In this document: positions 58,670 to 64,000 of the stretch, piece by piece
Position numbering within the stretch: position 1 is the first letter of the stretch
How the letters are laid out: the number at the start of each line of letters is the position of its first letter
Origin: an uncultured virus (IMG/VR IMGVR_UViG_2896054739_000006)
Lineage: Duplodnaviria; Heunggongvirae; Uroviricota; Caudoviricetes
Virus record (IMG/VR): IMGVR_UViG_2896054739_000006
DNA: 64,000 nt
Direction: 5' to 3' (one strand)
Notes under the pieces: generated by a model
Told to the model about the DNA's origin: nothing
The model's database searches: none
The model's input: the letters and a program-made list of their open reading frames with translations, nothing else
Translations under genes and position numbers: made by a program

Positions 58670-59722
58670 CTACATTCCCATCATGAAGAACATATCAAGC
58701 TGCCCATCCATATCCTTGCCATTTCTCTTTGACTTTGGCTGCTCTTTTGGCATATCCTCTTTCTTTTGTGGAGTAGGCGCTGCTTTAGCAGAATTTTCTT
58801 TTGCTTTAGCCTTTCTCTCTTCTGCTGCTTTCTTCTGCTTTGCCTTTCTTTCAGCCTCTTTTTTAGCTTTCTTTTCCTCCTCAGCCTTATCATCTTTGTG
58901 GTAATAATCCTCGGCCCATTCATATACCACATCATTACGAACAACAGCTCTGTTCTCCGTCGCCTGTTTGCGTGCCTGTCCGTATATATAATCAAGGCAT
59001 TTTTTCCATGTCTTATGCTCCTGCACCACATCCTGGGCAAGCCCCAAATCATCTTCACAGCGTTTCAGCAAATACCCAATAACAGGCTCTGCAAAGGTCT
59101 TATCCTTATCTGCTTTCATTTCTTTTTCCAGTTTTTCCTTCGCCATCTGCTTTACGGATACCGGATCAGGAACTTCTATATCGTCGGTCGGTACATCACT
59201 TTCGGATTTCCCTTCTGATTTTTCTTCCTGAGTTTCTCCAGTTTCCTTATCCGCATCTTTCTTTTCCAAATCTGCATTTTTCTCCTCAGCTTCAGCTGCA
59301 TTGTCAATTTCCTCCTCTGATACGGCAGTCATTTTATCTTCCTTCATGACATACTCATATTCCTTTTCAAGCCGCCCATTCGCCACATCAAAGAGTGTGT
59401 TACCATCCGCATCATAGAAAGCTGTCACTTCTTCACGCTTCAAGACCTTATATGTAATGCCATCTGATACAACATCCGCCTGTGCATTTTCCCCGGAATA
59501 TGCCGTTTTGAGATATTCCCTAACTACATTCCCCCAAACAACTCCGTAGACATTATCATTTTTGCTTACTTTTACCGTTGCAAAATGTTGAATCTCCGGT
59601 GCCTCTGTGAAATGCTGAATCTCTGTTTTCATTATTTTCCTTACCTCCTGCCATGCTTCAGACTGTAAAGCTTCTTTGTTCTTTTCGGAAATCTCACTTC
59701 CGTTAAATCCTTTTGTCTCCAT
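58670..59722 (-). CDS. PcfK-like (AcrIIA9-related) domain protein
   Basis: YLLKRC..D...KT...C..YI...A...VYEWAEDYY; GQLDMF end; paired with PcfJ. Confidence 0.7.
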   Translation of the reverse strand: METKGFNGSEISEKNKEALQSEAWQEVRKIMKTEIQHFTEAPEIQHFATVKVSKNDNVYGVVWGNVVREYLKTAYSGENAQADVVSDGITYKVLKREEVTAFYDADGNTLFDVANGRLEKEYEYVMKEDKMTAVSEEEIDNAAEAEEKNADLEKKDADKETGETQEEKSEGKSESDVPTDDIEVPDPVSVKQMAKEKLEKEMKADKDKTFAEPVIGYLLKRCEDDLGLAQDVVQEHKTWKKCLDYIYGQARKQATENRAVVRNDVVYEWAEDYYHKDDKAEEEKKAKKEAERKAKQKKAAEERKAKAKENSAKAAPTPQKKEDMPKEQPKSKRNGKDMDGQLDMFFMMGM

Positions 59723-59793
59723 AGTTGCCCTCCTTTTCATCGAAATAGAAAAACATATAAAAGTGCTCTTTTTCGGTCCCCTGAAGTGCCTGG

Positions 59794-60891
59794 CTATTTT
59801 TCATTTCCCGCTCCCTTCATCTCTGCATTCAGCAGCTTTTGTTCCAACGCCTCATAATCATATTCCCGCTGGTAGAAGTTCTGAAATTTACCGGGTGTCT
59901 GTCGGTTATCCGTTGTCGCTTTACCCCTGCTCTGAACAATCAATGTTTCAAACTTGTCCCGGAACTTTTTTGTACTGCGGATATTTGATTTCCAAAAACT
60001 GTCTGTTGTTGCATAGGTCAGGGCTTCTAAGATATCTGACTCGTTTCTTTCATCCAGCCGCTTCATCCGCTCAATTTCAACCGCCCACTTTTCGCGCTCT
60101 GCTTCCGTTGACGGAACTTTTGAGTTGGGGAATGATTTTTTACAGGATGCCACAAGAATATCTACGCACTTATATTCAAATTCACCTATCCTGCATTTTT
60201 GCTTCTGGGTACCCGGGCAGGGTTGGGCCAGAGGCTCAACAATTATATTATTTATATATCTATCTCTATTCTCTAATCTCTGTGTAACATCACGGTAACA
60301 TTCCGGTAACACCTGAGTAACATTGTTACCGCTCTCTTCCGGAAGCATTGTGGTTTCAGTGTTGTCATTTTCTTCTGGTAACATGGGAGTAACATCACGG
60401 TAACATTCCGGTAACACCGGGGTAACATTGTTACCACTCCCTTCCGGCAAATTCTTGTTAATATTGCTGTTACCCTTTTCCGGTAACATTTTGGTAACAT
60501 TGTTACCAGCCAAAAACTTTTTTTGTTCACGGATTTTCCGCATCATTGCCGCCTTGTCTGTTTCTGAACCTATCATTTCTTCCATTCGTGGAATGTTTAT
60601 CTGACCTCCCTCCAGAATCTCCACCAGCCCTATATTTTTAAAAATTTCCATGGCCACAACTGCCGTATCAAAATCCGTATGGGTAATCTCAGCAAGCTTC
60701 CGTGTGTCATATGGTACAAAGATATTTCCTACGTTCCGGACAAGCAGGCCATTTGTCTTTACTGATTTTAGGCAGAGTTTCAAATAGAACAGGGCATATT
60801 CTTTCCCATTGGGCTGTTCTTCCAGCCACTCCATGGTATCATCCTCGAAAAAATCTTCACGCAGTTTCATCCAGTAATATTTTTTTGCCAT
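59794..60891 (-). CDS. Phage replisome organizer / replication initiator
   Basis: KYYWMKL.EDFF, FYLKL, IGSET; FWKSNI.S..KFR; REYDYEALE. Confidence 0.9.
   Translation of the reverse strand: MAKKYYWMKLREDFFEDDTMEWLEEQPNGKEYALFYLKLCLKSVKTNGLLVRNVGNIFVPYDTRKLAEITHTDFDTAVVAMEIFKNIGLVEILEGGQINIPRMEEMIGSETDKAAMMRKIREQKKFLAGNNVTKMLPEKGNSNINKNLPEGSGNNVTPVLPECYRDVTPMLPEENDNTETTMLPEESGNNVTQVLPECYRDVTQRLENRDRYINNIIVEPLAQPCPGTQKQKCRIGEFEYKCVDILVASCKKSFPNSKVPSTEAEREKWAVEIERMKRLDERNESDILEALTYATTDSFWKSNIRSTKKFRDKFETLIVQSRGKATTDNRQTPGKFQNFYQREYDYEALEQKLLNAEMKGAGNEK
60241..60507. repeat. Prophage origin: three iteron blocks plus AT-rich tract inside the initiator gene
   Basis: GTAACA at 11-bp period (60284-60317 x4; 60378-60422 x5; 60483-60494 x2), each block ending in GTAACATTGTTACC; AT-rich 60241..60280. 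Confidence 0.85.
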
Positions 60892-60909
60892 TTTCCAACT
60901 CCTTTTCCC

Positions 60910-61347
60910 TTAATTAAAGGGAAGCTCTTCGTCTATGCCCTCTGGTATGTCTATAAACCTGTCTCCATATGCAGGGCATGGGTTCCAAGCCCCCTCCGTT
61001 TCATATTCTCTTCGTTGGCTATGGGACTTGCTTTCTGCAAATTCCTGCTCTTCGACTACAACCTCTGTACTGTAAGCTAGATTCCCATATCTGTCCGTGT
61101 AACTGCTTGTCTGGATTCGACCTGTAATAGCAATTTTTATTCCTTTACGGAAATACTTTTCTGCAAATTCCGCATTTTTCCGAAAAGCGATACAGCGAAT
61201 AAAGTCTGCTGACTGGCCATCACTATTTTTAGCGCCCCTTCTGTCAACAGCCAATGTGTATCTGGCAATCCCCATTGGTTCTTCCCCCTGGTAATATCTG
61301 GTTTCCGGATCTTTTGTCAGCCTTCCCATTAAAATAACTTTGTTCAC
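60910..61347 (-). CDS. ssb: Single-stranded DNA-binding protein
   Basis: MNKVILMGRLTKDPE...ADFI.C...ELPFN. Confidence 0.95.
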   Translation of the reverse strand: MNKVILMGRLTKDPETRYYQGEEPMGIARYTLAVDRRGAKNSDGQSADFIRCIAFRKNAEFAEKYFRKGIKIAITGRIQTSSYTDRYGNLAYSTEVVVEEQEFAESKSHSQRREYETEGAWNPCPAYGDRFIDIPEGIDEELPFN

Positions 61348-61405
61348 TTAACTCCCTCCTTGTATCAGATGCTTTTTCTGATAAAGTTTTCCGGTAACGC
61401 TGCCA

Positions 61406-62317
61406 TTAAAACAGCTTATTGATTAATTCCATGGCATAAGTAATGTCTACACTGCCACAGCCGCTTTCCTCCTTGTGCTTCTGCAATTCATCAATCATCA
61501 TCTGAAAATACGTTGTATCAACGCCTGTAAGCTGTTCTTCCAGGACTTTTACGTCCTTTAAATCCACCTCATTCAACTGCATACACATCTTTACATACTG
61601 CCCTGCATTAATGCTGTAGCCACGTTTTATATATTTCTTTGTGCGTATGATTGAGCAAAGCGGGTACTTTGACCCTACATAATAAAGCTCTTTATTAATG
61701 ATGCATTCCAGGGCTTTTACCGGGAGAAAAACCTCATTATCCCAGGAACTCCAGGCGCAGGTACAATGTGCAAAATCATAATTTTTATGTATATCCGCCA
61801 CTTCCCCATAAAATCGTGTGACAATCTGTATTTTGTCTGAAAGGGTGATAGCATTGCTTGTAATAAAGCGTGGCCGGTATCTTTCTTTTTCGCCTTCATC
61901 AGAAGCAGCATCCGACTCCTCTTCCTCCGCCGTACTTTCAAAGTTATATGCAATACTGCTGTCTGCCTGCTCGTCTTCATCCGCAATTCCCTTGGACTTA
62001 ATAAAGCATTTTACTGCACCGTTATCTTCGCCTGTCTCCTGTGCAAGCCGCTCACCCCAAAGCAGGGATACCGGTTTGTCCTCATGCTTTTTATTCCATT
62101 TGTCAACATAATATTTTGCAACCTCAATACAGGCGTCTTTTGTCCGGAAATACACATCGTAATCATGCACCGTTTCGCCTGTCAAAAGCGAAACCAGAGC
62201 GCCGCCGGTTATAATGGTATTTTCCTCAATCGTCTTCTTTACTGCTTCATCATCAATATGCTTCACCCAGTCTTTTAACTTTGCCTTCAAATGTCTTTTT
62301 ATATTTTTACTATTCAT
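61406..62317 (-). CDS. Nucleotidyltransferase-fold protein
   Basis: ITGGALVSLL.....HDYDVYF (GG...DxD); YDFAHC. Confidence 0.6.
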   Translation of the reverse strand: MNSKNIKRHLKAKLKDWVKHIDDEAVKKTIEENTIITGGALVSLLTGETVHDYDVYFRTKDACIEVAKYYVDKWNKKHEDKPVSLLWGERLAQETGEDNGAVKCFIKSKGIADEDEQADSSIAYNFESTAEEEESDAASDEGEKERYRPRFITSNAITLSDKIQIVTRFYGEVADIHKNYDFAHCTCAWSSWDNEVFLPVKALECIINKELYYVGSKYPLCSIIRTKKYIKRGYSINAGQYVKMCMQLNEVDLKDVKVLEEQLTGVDTTYFQMMIDELQKHKEESGCGSVDITYAMELINKLF

Positions 62318-62335
62318 CCTTAGACCTCCTGAATC

Positions 62336-62893
62336 TTACGTTTTCCACATCTCGAGCATCCTTTTCACTTCCTCCGGCGGAAGCGTTTCTATGCCCAGTT
62401 CCTTACATTCAGTTACAATTCCATCAATAAGAATGCTCATTTCCTTCGTGTCATAGGTGCTGCTCCCACGGAAAATTTTGTAAAACACCAATTCTTTACC
62501 GTCCTCTATCTTCTGGCCGCAAGGCATGCAATGGACAGTTTCATTTTCTAACATCTGTGATACCGGAATATTTGTCTTAATAATGGCTTCTGTGGTTTCA
62601 CCTTCATTTATGTAAAATGGCTGTCCATACCTGCCAATCATAAGGTTTTTACACCTTGGCTTAGATATGCGCATTGTATCTGCCAGCCTGTCCACTAAGA
62701 CGTGGAAATAAGCATTTGCATCAAGGCTCCGACGGTTCCGGTGTTTCCTGATTCTGATATCTAACAATTCCACTTCCTTTAACTCATCATATCCACTTGT
62801 CAGGCATCCTTTTTCATTTACTGCAACCGTAAGTTCGAATTTGTTTGTTAAAAAATTAGTTGAAATGCCAACGATATTTCCTGTCAAATCCAC
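62336..62893 (-). CDS. NinB/Orf-like recombination-associated protein
   Basis: RSLDANAYFH...GSSTYDTKEMSILIDG...GIETL. Confidence 0.65.
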   Translation of the reverse strand: MDLTGNIVGISTNFLTNKFELTVAVNEKGCLTSGYDELKEVELLDIRIRKHRNRRSLDANAYFHVLVDRLADTMRISKPRCKNLMIGRYGQPFYINEGETTEAIIKTNIPVSQMLENETVHCMPCGQKIEDGKELVFYKIFRGSSTYDTKEMSILIDGIVTECKELGIETLPPEEVKRMLEMWKT

Positions 62894-63582
62894 TACTGGC
62901 TCTCCTTTTTGTCTGGATATTTTTCGAGCATCTGCATAGCATTTGTCCAATGTGCCATTGTCATTTTTTCAAATGCATCCATTTTATAATGTTGAAGAAC
63001 TGATTTCTCCGAAACGCCCTTCTGGCGGATTGTATCCCTAAGCACTTTGATTTTTACTGCATCAATGGATGCTTTATTGCCCTGCTCCACCATTTCCCTG
63101 TTTTTCTGTTCCTCTGTAGCATCCTGCCCTTGACTGTCCTGGGGCTTAGGCTGTACTGCATGGCTGTCCGCATCCGGATCTTTCATTTCGGCTGTCGGAA
63201 TACAGAAAATCTGGAAACATGCATATTTAAACGCAACCGCCATAGCTTTGTTTGTCGCTTTGTCCCCGGAATCCATACCCTCACCGATAGTAACAGCCTC
63301 TACGCTGCTCCCGTCTTCTGCAAAAAAGCGGAACTTCATCTGGCAGATAGAGTAGATTAAATTCGCCCCAGTGTTCGTTTTCCGCTCTTCCCTCTTCTGG
63401 TCAAGGATCTCCGGAACAATAAATACCTTGTGCTTTACCAATGCCGGATTAATGGCATTCATCACATCATCCACTCCACGGTACATAAATCCCTGCTTGG
63501 CATTTTTCTGGCTCTTTCCTACGGCATCAATTTCCCCCATGATTGCCGGGATTGCCTGGTATATTTTTCCTGATTCACCCAT
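62893..63582 (-). CDS. ERF family single-strand annealing protein
   Basis: GEGMDSGDKATNKAM..AFKY......F.I. Confidence 0.85.
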   Translation of the reverse strand: MGESGKIYQAIPAIMGEIDAVGKSQKNAKQGFMYRGVDDVMNAINPALVKHKVFIVPEILDQKREERKTNTGANLIYSICQMKFRFFAEDGSSVEAVTIGEGMDSGDKATNKAMAVAFKYACFQIFCIPTAEMKDPDADSHAVQPKPQDSQGQDATEEQKNREMVEQGNKASIDAVKIKVLRDTIRQKGVSEKSVLQHYKMDAFEKMTMAHWTNAMQMLEKYPDKKESQ

Positions 63583-64000
63583 TATCTCACCTCGTATTCC
63601 AGAAACATTTCTTCCAGGGTCTCTTTCAACGTTCCGAAGTCATTCTCTCCAACTTTTACTACTACCGTCAGCATCTTCTCTGACGCAAATAATAATTCTG
63701 TTTCTCCCGGCATTTCTGGTTTTCCCGGCTCCTCTTCCTCCCCATTTTCCAATGGCACGGAAAGCGTGTCATTAAGCGCCGGTGAAGCCTGCATGGCACT
63801 GGCTTTCTTCTCTGCCTCCTCTTTTGCCAGGCGTTCATGCTCCGCCTCTTCCCTCGCCTGCTCCATGAACCGCTCCTTTTGTTTCTGCAGGTCATTGATT
63901 ACGGCAATGGCTTCCTGAAGGCTCCCGGTTTCTTTTAACTTGTCAAGGGCATCCTTTTCAAATTCCGAACCCATAGATTTTATTGTGGAGATAGAAACTT
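63582..64000 (-). CDS. Hypothetical protein (DUF1351-like C-terminus), probably truncated by window edge
   Basis: Coiled-coil ORF upstream of ERF; typical synteny. Confidence 0.5.
   Translation of the reverse strand, partial: VSISTIKSMGSEFEKDALDKLKETGSLQEAIAVINDLQKQKERFMEQAREEAEHERLAKEEAEKKASAMQASPALNDTLSVPLENGEEEEPGKPEMPGETELLFASEKMLTVVVKVGENDFGTLKETLEEMFLEYEVR

Larger units (their letters stand above)
1..64000 (-). mobile_element. Temperate myovirus-like prophage (PBSX/Xkd-type tail), incomplete at the right edge; att ends not seen
   Basis: Co-oriented replication, packaging, head, sheath/tube/baseplate and lysis modules in canonical order on the minus strand. Confidence 0.95.

Overview
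This window is most of a temperate, contractile-tailed (PBSX/Xkd-like) prophage of a low-GC Firmicute, probably Clostridia/Lachnospiraceae-like (inferred from gene content). It lies almost entirely on the minus strand. From right to left it encodes: replication/recombination genes (ERF, SSB, replisome organizer with internal iterons, PcfK/PcfJ, RecU, a beta-clamp), a putative late activator, a Na+/solute symporter + 2x PAPS-reductase-like + 2x ParB-like cluster, then terminase, portal, head, tail and lysis genes. The phage integrase and repressor are not in the window. A separate ~13.5 kb tyrosine-integrase element (34027..47552) is inserted inside the phage symporter gene, bounded by an 11-bp direct repeat (TCAATCGTCGA); removing it restores a 461-codon ORF. 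The element has no capsid genes and looks like a satellite of this prophage. It carries (i) a non-coding copy of the prophage iteron architecture, (ii) motifs matching the repeat inside the prophage terS gene, (iii) an antirepressor and a sigma factor, (iv) HicA-HicB-HicB, and (v) a STAND-NTPase/TPR (NLR-like) gene. The NLR N-terminal 18-aa motif is 12/18 identical to the C-terminal motif of the tiny overlapping upstream membrane protein, the layout known from amyloid-signalling NLR/effector immune pairs. The NLR gene is split by a frameshift in this sequence. All family assignments are by motif recognition and synteny, not database searches.
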